Shown: positions 15,378 to 23,795, numbered from the stretch's first letter. The stretch: 25,032 bases of DNA from a virus (IMGVR_UViG_3300005805_000454:1-25032); one strand, 5' to 3'. The notes: generated from the letters alone by a model not told the origin. Translations and numbers: made by a program.

Positions 15378-18300
15378 TCAGAACCCCGCAACGGTGCGCA
15401 GCAACGCGGCATTAGAGGGGGCGACGACCTGCAGATCCCAGTTCTTCGCCACCAGGGCATCCATGCGGCTGGACAGTCGATCGATGGCCTGCTGCAGCTT
15501 GCCGGTGTTGCCGCCGGTGGAGGCGCCGAACGCCCCGGATGCCTTCAGGTTCGCGGTCACACCCGCCGGCAGCACGGTGCCCGACGAGGGGGCCCGCCAG
15601 AGCGAGCGAGCCGGCGCGCCGATCAGCGACAGGGCACCACCAGGGCTGAGCAGCGCTTCCTGGCCCAGCTCGTTGACGCGGTAGGTGGCGCCGGCCTCCA
15701 CCGGGCCGCCGGTCCAGCGGCCCTGGGGGATCGCCGCGACGCGCTGCAGCGTGGTGAGCAGCCGGGTTGCGGCCTGGTTCGCCGCGTCGTAGCCGGCAGC
15801 CATGCCAATGGCTGCATTGGCGCTGTCCCAGGACGCGGACTGCACCGCCTCCACCTGCGCCCGCAGGGTCACCGTCTGCCCGTTGGCGGTGATGGTACCG
15901 ACCGTGAAGCTCTGCACCGCTGCGCCGAGCTGCTGTGAGGCCTGCGCGGCCGCATCGAGCTGCGACAGCGGGCCGTTCAACGTGCGCTCCCAGTCTCTGG
16001 TGGCCGCCTGCGCCCTGAAGCCGTTGGCGGTGGTCTGCTGCTGCGCGTCGAGGGTCTGCCGCTCCAGCCCTTGAATTGCCGCGAGCACCGGCAGCCGCGC
16101 GGATTCGTAGCGCTGCTGCTCGATCGCCAGGTTCACCAGCTCGCGCTGCTGGGCGATCTGCCGATCGAGGACGGTGCGCTGTTCGGGGGACAGGCCTGGG
16201 TCCAGGGACTGCCCCTGGAGGCCCAGCAGTTTCTGCCCCTGCTCCAGCACGTTCCGCCGGGCCGCCGCCTGCGCCGCCTGCGCATCGATGACCTGCTGCG
16301 CCTGCTTGAGGGCCAGCACCCGGCGCTCCAGGTCGAACCGCTGCGCTGCGGCCGTGATCTGCGCGGCGAGGGCCTGCCGCTCGATGGTCTCGGCGTTGCG
16401 CTTCAGGCTGGCGATGGCCTCTTCCTGCTGGCGGATCTCGGCTGCGCTGGCCTTGCGATCCCGCAGGTCCTGCAGCGCTCGCTCTGCCTGCGCGATGGCG
16501 GCGCCTTGGCGGGCGGAGTCGACCGAGAACTGTGATGCGGTGAGCTGGGACAACGCACCCTGCAGGGCCAGGGCGGCGTCGAGGTAGTTCCGCTGATCCT
16601 GCAACCGCGCCTTCGTCAGCTCACCCTGCTGCCGCTCGATCTCCAGGGAGGTTTGCTGGATGCTCAGCAGATCCTTGGCGATGGTGAAAATCTGCTGCCG
16701 CTTCTCCACCACCGCCTGGCTACCCTGCAGTTCCAGCTGGGCGACGGTGGTTCGCAACTCGGCAATCTTCTGCAGGGCCTGCTGTTCCTGCTCGCTGCCC
16801 GGCGCCGCCTCGGCAGCCTTCCTGCGCTGCGTCTCCAGTTCGTTCCGGGCCGCCTCCAGGTTCAGCAACCGCTGCGCCGTCTGCGCCTGCTCCTCATTCA
16901 GCGCACCGGCGGCCCTGGCTTCGGCGATCTGCGCTTCCTTCTCGGTGGTGAGGAGCTTGGTGGTGGCGAGGCGTTGTTTTTCAATCTCCTCCTGCCTGGC
17001 TGCCGTGGCGATCTCCTCCTTCGTCAGGCCGGTTTTCAGGCGGATCGCCTCGGCGAGGTTGCCTTGCGTGCGGGCGTAGGTGTCGGCCTCGGTTGCGGCG
17101 CTGCGATAGCTCTGCGCCAGGGCCGTGTTGCCGGCGGCGTCCGCCTCATCCGCCAGCGCCCGCTGCTGAGCCGCTGCGTTGCGTGCGGCATCGGCCTGGT
17201 TGTTGAGTTCAACCGCGACTTCCTTTGCCGTTTTCTTCTGCTGCGCTGTGCCGCTTGAATCGCCGAGGCTCTTATAGAACTTCAGTGCGGCATCGGTGCT
17301 GAACTCAAGGCTATTCGTCACCTTGTCATTTTCCTGCCGGAATCGCTCCAGTGAGCGCACCTCAGCGGCGCGGCGCACCAGTTCCTGGTAGGCGTTCCGT
17401 GATTTCTCTACCTGAATGATGTTTTCGCCCAGGGTCTTGCTGAGCTTCTTGGATGATTCATCAAGCGCCTTCTGGCTACCGGCGAACGACTTCGTTACCG
17501 CATCGGCGCCTTTGGTCGTCTCCTGCCATAGCGAAACATTCCAGGCTATGAGGCCAATAAGTGCCGCCATAGGGCCAAGTTTTTGTATGGCTGCCCCAAC
17601 GCCAATGGCCAGGTTTTTCAGGCCGTTAAGTAATATGGTTGGATTGACTGCAGCGTTGAGTTTCTGGAAGGAAAAAACACCAATCGTTGCCAGGTCCTTG
17701 AGGCTGTTGCCAGCACCTGCTGCTGCGGCAGTGATGGTGCCTTTCAGGCTGTAGTTCGTTGCAGAGACTGCCTTGATCGCATCCACCAGCTTCGGCATCG
17801 CCGCCGCCGCCACGCCAGCCCCACCAGCCAGGCTGCTCACCAGTGCCCGGCCGAGGGCCACGACCTCACCGGCCGCCTTCTGGGCAACGCTCAGCTCCAG
17901 CACCCGCTTGAGCACCAGATAGGCGGTGGTCGCACCGACGACGGCGCCGGTCATCAGGATCAGCGCGCCGGCTGCGTTCTTCACCGGATCCGGGATCCCA
18001 GAGATCGCCCCGGTGACAGCGTTGGCCGCATCGATCAGCGGCATCAGCGCCGCTGCCGCCAGCGCCGCAAAGGTGTTGTTGATCGTGCCGACGGTGCCTT
18101 CGAGCTGCTTCACCTTCAGCTCGAATCCCTGCATGGCATCACGGGCAACATCCGTGGCGCCCGCTGATTTCGCCATGGTGGCCGACATCTTTTTAATGTC
18201 GTCCTCAGTCTGATCCAGCAGCGCGAGCCACCGCGTCCCGTCATCTTCACCGCCGAACAGGTTGGCGGCCATGCGGATCTTCGTGGACGGATCCAGCTTG

Positions 18301-19526
18301 TCGAACGCCCGCTTCAGCGTCAGGAGCGTCTGCTCCATCGGCTTGAGCGTTCCGTCGGTTTCGTAGATGTCAAGCCCGAGCTGCTTCATCACCTTCGCGG
18401 CCATCGCGGCCTGGCCGGTGAGATCACGCACGGCGCCCTTGGCCGGTGGTGCTGCGCTCGCCAGCTTCGAGAACCCGTTCCGCAGGGTCACGCCAGCCTC
18501 TGAGGCGTCGATGCCTGCGTTGGTGAGCAGACCGGCGGCGGTGGCCAGCTCCTCCACCGATACCCCCAGAATCCGCGCCACCGGTGCCGCGTACTTGAAG
18601 GCCATGCCCAGGCCGCTGACACTGGCCGCCGAGGCATTGGCCCCGGTCACCAGGGCATCAACGACCCGGGTGGCGTCCTTGGCCTTGAGGCCAAACCCCA
18701 GGATCGACGCCGACACCACCGAGCCCATCTGATCGAAGGCGGTGCCGGTGGCCTCGGCGCCGCGCACGATGGAGCCCAGGCTGGCGCGGGCCTGATCGAT
18801 CGTCATGCCTCCACGCACCAGCTCCGTGGCGAGCTGCGCCACCTCCAGCTGTGTGCCGGCCGCCTCGATCCCGACCTCATTGACCGCGGCGGAGAGCTTT
18901 TCGTACCCGCCGGCCTCGCCACCAGCGGCGGCAGCCTTTCGCAGTTCGGTGTCGAGGGCTCCGAACTCGCCGATCAGGTTCCGCAGCGCCCCGATGGCCT
19001 GGCCGGCTGCGTTGACGACCCCGTTCGTCAGCGCGAACGACACCCCGCCGACGGCACCCTCCAGGATCCGCAGCCCCTCGGAACTGTCGCCGATCTTGTC
19101 CAGCTCGCGCTCGGTGAGCTTGATCTGGTCCTGCAGCTCCTTGAATCGCTGGCTGCCGATGGCGACCTTGTTCAGCTCCGCCTGCAGGGTCTGCAGCCGC
19201 TGGTTCAGCCCATCGATGCTGCGGGGATCGGCCTGCACCGCGACGCGGGTGGCCCTTAGGGTTTCGAGCTGCTTCTGAATTGCGCTGATCTGCTGGTTCA
19301 GGATGACGACCTGCCCGCCGTCGACGTTGACCTGATTGCGCTGCGCCTTCAGCCGGCCCAGATCCGCCAGCAGGGCATCGATGGAGCGCTGCACAACGCC
19401 CTGAATGCCGCCGCCCAGGGCAGTGCCGACCGCCCGGCCCGACTGCGCAGCCTGCGCCTCCAGCTGCTGGAACCCGCGCAGCAGCTCCTGAAAGTCACCG
19501 CCGACTGAAACCTGAAAATCGCTCAT
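15378..19526 (-). CDS. Tail tape measure protein (TP901-type core)
   Basis: 1382 aa, Ala-rich helical. AFKYAAPVARILGVSVEE...GIDASEAGVTLR core and C-terminal GGPV.....YRVNELGQE. Confidence 0.95.
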   Translation of the reverse strand: MSDFQVSVGGDFQELLRGFQQLEAQAAQSGRAVGTALGGGIQGVVQRSIDALLADLGRLKAQRNQVNVDGGQVVILNQQISAIQKQLETLRATRVAVQADPRSIDGLNQRLQTLQAELNKVAIGSQRFKELQDQIKLTERELDKIGDSSEGLRILEGAVGGVSFALTNGVVNAAGQAIGALRNLIGEFGALDTELRKAAAAGGEAGGYEKLSAAVNEVGIEAAGTQLEVAQLATELVRGGMTIDQARASLGSIVRGAEATGTAFDQMGSVVSASILGFGLKAKDATRVVDALVTGANASAASVSGLGMAFKYAAPVARILGVSVEELATAAGLLTNAGIDASEAGVTLRNGFSKLASAAPPAKGAVRDLTGQAAMAAKVMKQLGLDIYETDGTLKPMEQTLLTLKRAFDKLDPSTKIRMAANLFGGEDDGTRWLALLDQTEDDIKKMSATMAKSAGATDVARDAMQGFELKVKQLEGTVGTINNTFAALAAAALMPLIDAANAVTGAISGIPDPVKNAAGALILMTGAVVGATTAYLVLKRVLELSVAQKAAGEVVALGRALVSSLAGGAGVAAAAMPKLVDAIKAVSATNYSLKGTITAAAAGAGNSLKDLATIGVFSFQKLNAAVNPTILLNGLKNLAIGVGAAIQKLGPMAALIGLIAWNVSLWQETTKGADAVTKSFAGSQKALDESSKKLSKTLGENIIQVEKSRNAYQELVRRAAEVRSLERFRQENDKVTNSLEFSTDAALKFYKSLGDSSGTAQQKKTAKEVAVELNNQADAARNAAAQQRALADEADAAGNTALAQSYRSAATEADTYARTQGNLAEAIRLKTGLTKEEIATAARQEEIEKQRLATTKLLTTEKEAQIAEARAAGALNEEQAQTAQRLLNLEAARNELETQRRKAAEAAPGSEQEQQALQKIAELRTTVAQLELQGSQAVVEKRQQIFTIAKDLLSIQQTSLEIERQQGELTKARLQDQRNYLDAALALQGALSQLTASQFSVDSARQGAAIAQAERALQDLRDRKASAAEIRQQEEAIASLKRNAETIERQALAAQITAAAQRFDLERRVLALKQAQQVIDAQAAQAAARRNVLEQGQKLLGLQGQSLDPGLSPEQRTVLDRQIAQQRELVNLAIEQQRYESARLPVLAAIQGLERQTLDAQQQTTANGFRAQAATRDWERTLNGPLSQLDAAAQASQQLGAAVQSFTVGTITANGQTVTLRAQVEAVQSASWDSANAAIGMAAGYDAANQAATRLLTTLQRVAAIPQGRWTGGPVEAGATYRVNELGQEALLSPGGALSLIGAPARSLWRAPSSGTVLPAGVTANLKASGAFGASTGGNTGKLQQAIDRLSSRMDALVAKNWDLQVVAPSNAALLRTVAGF

Positions 19527-19948
19527 GGGGTCACCACCACGGTCGGGTTCGTCCAGCGGACCACCACCTGATCGATCACGCCGATGCCATCACCCGGCGC
19601 GTCGCCCTCCACGCTGGCGGCCGTGGCCCCGGGCAGCAGGGCCATCACTCGCTGCGCGACGGCCTGCAGCTGCGCCGCCGATTGCCAGCCCATCACGTGA
19701 ATCCGCCAGGTCGGGTTCGGCAGCGTCGCCTCCTGCGTCAGGCTGGGGGCGAAGCCCGGCACGGCGGTGATCACCAGCTCGATGCCAACGGCGGTGGTGC
19801 CAGGCGGGAGGGATTCGTTGGCCGCCAACACCGCAATAGCCGGCCGGCTGGTGCCATCGGCGAGTGTGTAGGTGCCCAGTGCCGCGGCGATGGTGGCATC
19901 GGCCAGCAGCACGTCGTAGATGTCCTGGGCGGTGGCGGGGAGGGGCAT
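19523..19948 (-). CDS. Tail terminator/completion-like protein
   Basis: 141 aa, IYDVLLADATIAAALGTY N-terminus typical of tail completion proteins. Probably leaderless. Confidence 0.7.
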   Translation of the reverse strand: MPLPATAQDIYDVLLADATIAAALGTYTLADGTSRPAIAVLAANESLPPGTTAVGIELVITAVPGFAPSLTQEATLPNPTWRIHVMGWQSAAQLQAVAQRVMALLPGATAASVEGDAPGDGIGVIDQVVVRWTNPTVVVTP

Positions 19949-19951
19949 GCC

Positions 19952-20134
19952 TCAGGTTTCCGCCCTGCCCCACGACGGCTCACCGTCGGACGCCAGGGCA
20001 TCGGTGACCACCTGCAGGGCGCTCCGGCCTCCCTCTGTGTTGAACTCTTCCCACCAGCGGCAGAGCGCATATCGCTCAAGGCCTGACTCCGGAGCGATCC
20101 GAAGGATGCCGTCGCTCGTGATCCTCGCCTTCAT
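19952..20134 (-). CDS. Small hypothetical protein (moron-like)
   Basis: 60 aa with its own promoter motif 21 nt upstream, bounded by two identical TGCCTCAGGTTTCC copies. Confidence 0.65.
   Translation of the reverse strand: MKARITSDGILRIAPESGLERYALCRWWEEFNTEGGRSALQVVTDALASDGEPSWGRAET
19954..19961 (-). promoter_or_regulatory. Phage promoter-like motif GGAAACCT
   Basis: GGAAACCT-GAGGC-ATG, 5 nt before the start codon. Confidence 0.75.
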
Positions 20135-20155
20135 GGTCCACCCAGTCGCTGCCTC

Positions 20156-20181
20156 AGGTTTCCAGCCCGCCCCGGAAACCT
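20156..20181. promoter_or_regulatory. Back-to-back divergent pair of GGAAACCT motifs
   Basis: Minus copy 20156-20163 serves ATG 20134. Plus copy 20174-20181 serves ATG 20206. Confidence 0.75.
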
Positions 20182-20205
20182 CACCGCAACCACCGCCGCG
20201 AGCTG

Positions 20206-20448
20206 ATGGAGCCGATGGAGCTCACCACCGCCCAGCGCTTCGAGATCGAGCGGATCAGCCGGGGCATTGATGCCACCACCGATGTGGCCACCCTGCAGGG
20301 CATCGCCAAGCAGCTGCTGCAGACCTGGCAGATGCAGCGGGCTGCCACCGCCTGGATGATGCGCCAGACGCTGCCCAGACAGCAGAACGCCCCGGCCACC
20401 GAAGCAGCCAGGGCGCCTGTGGGATCAGATCAGAAGTCCAGCTCGTAG
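20206..20448 (+). CDS. nblA: NblA-like phycobilisome degradation adaptor
   Basis: ELTTAQRFEIERISRGID...LQGIAKQLLQTWQMQRAATAWMM fits the NblA two-helix pattern (LS/T.EQ.F.......I........L......L......Q). Start may be 20215. Confidence 0.78.
   Translation: MEPMELTTAQRFEIERISRGIDATTDVATLQGIAKQLLQTWQMQRAATAWMMRQTLPRQQNAPATEAARAPVGSDQKSSS
20388..20415 (-). terminator. cUUCGg hairpin downstream of the tail tube gene
   Basis: Minus RNA CGCCCUGGCUGC-UUCG-GUGGCCGGGGCG-UUCU: 12-bp stem with three G-U pairs, 14 nt after the stop at 20430. Confidence 0.7.
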
Positions 20449-21263
20449 GGGCCGTAGGTTCTGATGCTCTGCTGGAACTTCACGATCGAGCCAGCCGGTG
20501 CGTTGGGCTGGAAGCCAGTGAATCGGCCGTAGCCGAAGGTCTCCTCAGTCACGCCGGTTGGCGCGGTGATCGCGTACATGATCATGAGCTTCTCGCGCAC
20601 GGATTCCTTCGAGGCGATCCGCATCAGTTTGTACGCCGCGTCGGCATAGTCGATCACGCCCTCCACCGCGATCGAGTGGGTCTTGCTGGTGGGAATGGAG
20701 GTGTCGTACGATTTCGCCTCGTCGTCGTAGGTGACGACGGTTTCCTCGTTCTCCCCTTCGTTCGGGGTGATGTTCGTCAGGCCCAGCAGGCGGATCGGAG
20801 CATCGGTGCCGTCGAGCTTCAGGGCGGGCAGCACGCTGCCGGCGGTAACCGACGCTTCCGTCACGTTCCCAGTCGCCAGCGCGTAGGTGAGCGTGAACGG
20901 GGATGAGGCGGTGACCGATGCCACCGTGTAGTAGCCGTTCAGGACTGCGTTGGGGCTGGCCACATCCGACACCACGATCTTGTCGCCCTGGGCGAAACCA
21001 TGGGCAGCGCCGAAGGTGAGGGTGACCACGTTGGAGGCAACCGCAACCTTCGTGATCGCCTTCGCGGTGCCGACGCCGATGCCGAGGCCCGATCCGGTGC
21101 CGACCTTCACGACGGCGGAGCTGTTCGACATCAGGGTGCTGATGTCCATGAACTTGCCGGTGCCAATTCCCCCCAGATCGAGCTTGGCGAGGTCAACGGC
21201 GCTGGAGCGCAGCAGCCGCATGTACAACTTCTGGCCGTAGCTCTGCGAATAGTTTTGTGCCAT
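20430..21263 (-). CDS. Major tail (tube) protein with inserted beta domain
   Basis: LLGLTNITPNEGENEETVVTYDD...TSKTHSIAVEG...FGYGRFTGF.....AGSIVKF tube-like core. Confidence 0.85.
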   Translation of the reverse strand: MAQNYSQSYGQKLYMRLLRSSAVDLAKLDLGGIGTGKFMDISTLMSNSSAVVKVGTGSGLGIGVGTAKAITKVAVASNVVTLTFGAAHGFAQGDKIVVSDVASPNAVLNGYYTVASVTASSPFTLTYALATGNVTEASVTAGSVLPALKLDGTDAPIRLLGLTNITPNEGENEETVVTYDDEAKSYDTSIPTSKTHSIAVEGVIDYADAAYKLMRIASKESVREKLMIMYAITAPTGVTEETFGYGRFTGFQPNAPAGSIVKFQQSIRTYGPYELDF

Positions 21264-21326
21264 GGGATTCCTGGACTCCCCTGCAGCAGTCCCTGGCCCT
21301 TCAAGCCGCCCGCACGGCTTAAGGGC

Positions 21327-21334
21327 GGAAACCT
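21327..21334 (+). promoter_or_regulatory. Phage promoter-like motif GGAAACCT
   Basis: GGAAACCT-AGGCGC-A, 28 nt upstream of GTG 21363. Confidence 0.7.
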
Positions 21335-21362
21335 AGGCGCAGCCCACCTCCTGCCCGCCGCC

Positions 21363-21626
21363 GTGAGCTGCTACCCCCGTGGCGTCTGCCACTGCCCGCA
21401 CATGAAGAACCGGCCGTTTCAGGCGCGGGTCTGGTACGCCGGCAGATACTGGAGCCTCGGATATTGCGCCTCGATCACTGAGGCGGCAGCCCGTGTGAAT
21501 CGGGTATATCAGGAGATGGCTGAATGGCGAGACATGCAGCTTCCGCCGCCCACACTGCTCCCTCTGATCCGGCGGCGGGAGGCGGCACAAGCAGCCACAT
21601 CGGATCCGGCTCGCCCGGCCGCCTGA
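21363..21626 (+). CDS. Small AP2-domain-like DNA-binding protein
   Basis: YPRGV.......RPFQARVWYAGRYWSLGYCASITEAAARV fits AP2 (Y.GV.......W.A.I...G....LG.F.T.EEAA.AY). 87 aa from GTG 21363. Confidence 0.7.
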   Translation: MSCYPRGVCHCPHMKNRPFQARVWYAGRYWSLGYCASITEAAARVNRVYQEMAEWRDMQLPPPTLLPLIRRREAAQAATSDPARPAA

Positions 21627-22167
21627 ACTCCCGCACCTGACCAGCCGCAGTGTCCTCGGCGATCAGGAATCCACGCCAGCCGTCGGCCGCCTGCCGTGGG
21701 GCCAGCAGGATCGCATCGACGGCCAGCAGGGCCAGCAGGGGCGGCGGTGGGGTGTCCGCAGCGGCGGTGCTGAGCGGTTCGTAGAACGCCAGCGCGAAGC
21801 CCGGGAACAACTGCCGGCGGATCAGCTCCAGCATCGCCGCGCCAGGCTCGGCCGGTGGCCGCTCGCCGGGTTGCTGCTGGCGGAAGAAGCAGTAGTCGTG
21901 CAGCTCGTCGGTGCGGCCGCCCTCGGGCAGGTTCACCGAATGCAGCCGCTGGTGCAGGGATGCCACGGGCAGTTCCGCCCAGTGGAGCCGCTGCATCAGC
22001 CAGCGCTCGCCCTCCTCGATCGCTTGGCGGATGAAGGTGGTCGGGAGCCGGCCGAAACGCTCTCGGCTGAAGGCGGGATCGCCGGGCCAGAGGCGGCGGC
22101 AGCGCCAGAAGGTTCCGGCCCAGTCGGCGGGCTCTGGCCATCGCCCGCCTGCGGCCCGAGCTTTCCC
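21475..22167 (-). CDS. Tail assembly chaperone, T portion (reached by -1 frameshift)
   Basis: The -1 frame is open from GGGAAAG: GKARAAGGRWPEPADWAGTFWRCRRLWPGDPAFSRERFGRLP...WLMQRLHWAELP..., continuous with ORF 21475..21996. Confidence 0.8.
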   Translation of the reverse strand, partial: GKARAAGGRWPEPADWAGTFWRCRRLWPGDPAFSRERFGRLPTTFIRQAIEEGERWLMQRLHWAELPVASLHQRLHSVNLPEGGRTDELHDYCFFRQQQPGERPPAEPGAAMLELIRRQLFPGFALAFYEPLSTAAADTPPPPLLALLAVDAILLAPRQAADGWRGFLIAEDTAAGQVREFRRPGEPDPMWLLVPPPAAGSEGAVWAAEAACLAIQPSPDIPDSHGLPPQ

Positions 22168-22721
22168 AGCGCTTCGGTCATCGCGGCCACCAGCTCCTCA
22201 GGATCCTTCCTGGCTCCGCCGTGGCGCTCCTCATCCATGAACCCGGCGATCGCCTGCTGGAGTGGCCCAGGGAACTTCCCGGCGACGGCCATGGCCTCAT
22301 CCCAGTCCTGGCACGCATCGGTGCGGATGCTGATCGCCGCAGCGACGGTGCGCAGGGTCTGCTCCATCGATGCCTGCGCCAGGCGGTTCTGGACCTCTGC
22401 CACCAGGGTGGCGTGGTGGAGCAGGGCCCGCTGCTCGTCGGCGGCCAGCGCCACCGGGATCCCGAGGCGGGTCGAGACCACCCGAACGGCGATCCGCTGC
22501 GCGTCGATCTCCAGTGCGCCGTCGGCCACCAGGGCATCGGCCAGCCGGGAGGATTCGGCGTAGACCGCGCTCTGATACTCGTGCTCACGGATGGCGATCT
22601 CCTCGTCCGCCAGCCAGGCGCCGAAGACCGGCAGCTCCAGGCTGCACTCCTGATCGTTGACGACGGCCGAGACGATGCGGGTCTGCCGCCGCGGCGCGAC
22701 GACCCAGGGGAGTTCAGACAT
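21996..22721 (-). CDS. Tail assembly chaperone G
   Basis: 241 aa, with low-complexity sequence after ALGKL (the slippery site), as usual for lambda G-type chaperones. Confidence 0.8.
   Translation of the reverse strand: MSELPWVVAPRRQTRIVSAVVNDQECSLELPVFGAWLADEEIAIREHEYQSAVYAESSRLADALVADGALEIDAQRIAVRVVSTRLGIPVALAADEQRALLHHATLVAEVQNRLAQASMEQTLRTVAAAISIRTDACQDWDEAMAVAGKFPGPLQQAIAGFMDEERHGGARKDPEELVAAMTEALGKLGPQAGDGQSPPTGPEPSGAAAASGPAIPPSAESVSAGSRPPSSAKRSRRASAG
22161..22167 (-). promoter_or_regulatory. Programmed -1 ribosomal frameshift site G-GGA-AAG
   Basis: Same heptamer and Gly-Lys phase as lambda G-T. Confidence 0.85.
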
Positions 22722-22742
22722 GGTGGGCTGGTGGGGTGCCTC

Positions 22743-22750
22743 AGGTTTCC
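22743..22750 (-). promoter_or_regulatory. Phage promoter-like motif GGAAACCT
   Basis: GGAAACCT-GAGGC-A, 21 nt upstream of ATG 22721. Confidence 0.75.
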
Positions 22751-22760
22751 GGGACGGGGG

Positions 22761-23756
22761 TCAGCGGCGGCGAACGGGCCTGAAACGGCGGCCGACTCGA
22801 TCAATGCCACCGGTCAACAGATTTCCCTGACGCGCAATGCCTCTACGAACTCGTTTTGTATAAAGGCCGACTTTGCCTCCCTGGCCCGTCCATTTTGTTG
22901 CATTAGCTTGCTTGATAACCGCATTTCTGCGCTTGCTCTGTGCACGAGTAGCCTGAGATTTTGTTCTGATTGACACGCGCAGTCCACGCATTCCAGATGC
23001 TGCCTGTGCCGTAAGCGCTTTTTTCGCTGCTTTCAGCTTTGGCCCGTCGTATTCGCCGCCCCATTTATCGGTTGACTTGGTTTCATCTTTTCTGAGAAAA
23101 CTTACACGTTTGCGTAGTGTGCTGAGTCGATTGCGGGCTGTTCTTTCATTTTGCGGCGATTTCTTGCCGGTTCTGTAGTTCATCATCATGCCCCTATTCA
23201 TATTGGCCACTCCGATGTCTTGCCTATATTGCGCTTGCGCTTGCTTAACCTTTTCAATTCGCCTGTTTGTTTTGCTTAAATCTTTAGCAACAGCCCTTTT
23301 TCCAGCTTCGTCGAGTTTTCCGCGCCTGCGCCGAAGTGCTGTTTCAAGCGAAGATTTCCTACCTTGTAATTCCCGCAGTTGCCGATTTGCTCTGCCTTGA
23401 GCGCGGCCCAGCAACGCTTCTGGTCGCTCGCTGGCACGCCGTCTCGCGCCTTGAATCTGGCTCGGCGTCAGCGCTGGCTTACTTGCTTCCCTTTTTCCAC
23501 CACCCTTCCCGCTTCTCAGCTCCCCCCCGCCCCCTTTAATCCGGGCCGTCTGCACCGCTCTCTGCTTCCCAGATGCGGTGCGCAGCCGCCCGCCGCGGGC
23601 CGTGGCACCATCGCCACCCTGCGAGGTGATCCGGCCAGAGTTGTCGCGGGTCAGCCTGTTTCGGCCTCGCGGGGCTGGCTTGGCTGCCGGGCGGCTCGAC
23701 CCACCTCCACCACCGGCGAACCTGCCTCGGCTGTCGCGCTTGTAGGTTCTGGCCAC
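22761..23756 (-). CDS. Extremely basic Arg/Lys-rich protein
   Basis: 331 aa, N-terminal RTYKRDSRGRFA and a second RDNSGRI motif, few acidic residues, own promoter motif. Confidence 0.8.
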   Translation of the reverse strand: MARTYKRDSRGRFAGGGGGSSRPAAKPAPRGRNRLTRDNSGRITSQGGDGATARGGRLRTASGKQRAVQTARIKGGGGELRSGKGGGKREASKPALTPSQIQGARRRASERPEALLGRAQGRANRQLRELQGRKSSLETALRRRRGKLDEAGKRAVAKDLSKTNRRIEKVKQAQAQYRQDIGVANMNRGMMMNYRTGKKSPQNERTARNRLSTLRKRVSFLRKDETKSTDKWGGEYDGPKLKAAKKALTAQAASGMRGLRVSIRTKSQATRAQSKRRNAVIKQANATKWTGQGGKVGLYTKRVRRGIARQGNLLTGGIDRVGRRFRPVRRR

Positions 23757-23779
23757 GGTCGCTGGTCGATGTCTGCCTC

Positions 23780-23795
23780 AGGTTTCCGGCAACAT
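23780..23795. promoter_or_regulatory. Abutting divergent motifs GGAAACCT (-) and GGCAACAT (+)
   Basis: Minus copy 23780-23787 is 23 nt before GTG 23756. Plus variant 23788-23795 is 6 nt before ATG 23802. Confidence 0.65.

Noticed and set aside
12631-19278. Many long + strand ORFs over the tail genes
   Set aside because: Antisense shadows of high-GC3 genes, with no promoter motif or protein signature.
20156-20181. Inverted repeat AGGTTTCC...GGAAACCT as a terminator
   Set aside because: No U tract. Each half serves a divergent gene as a promoter motif.
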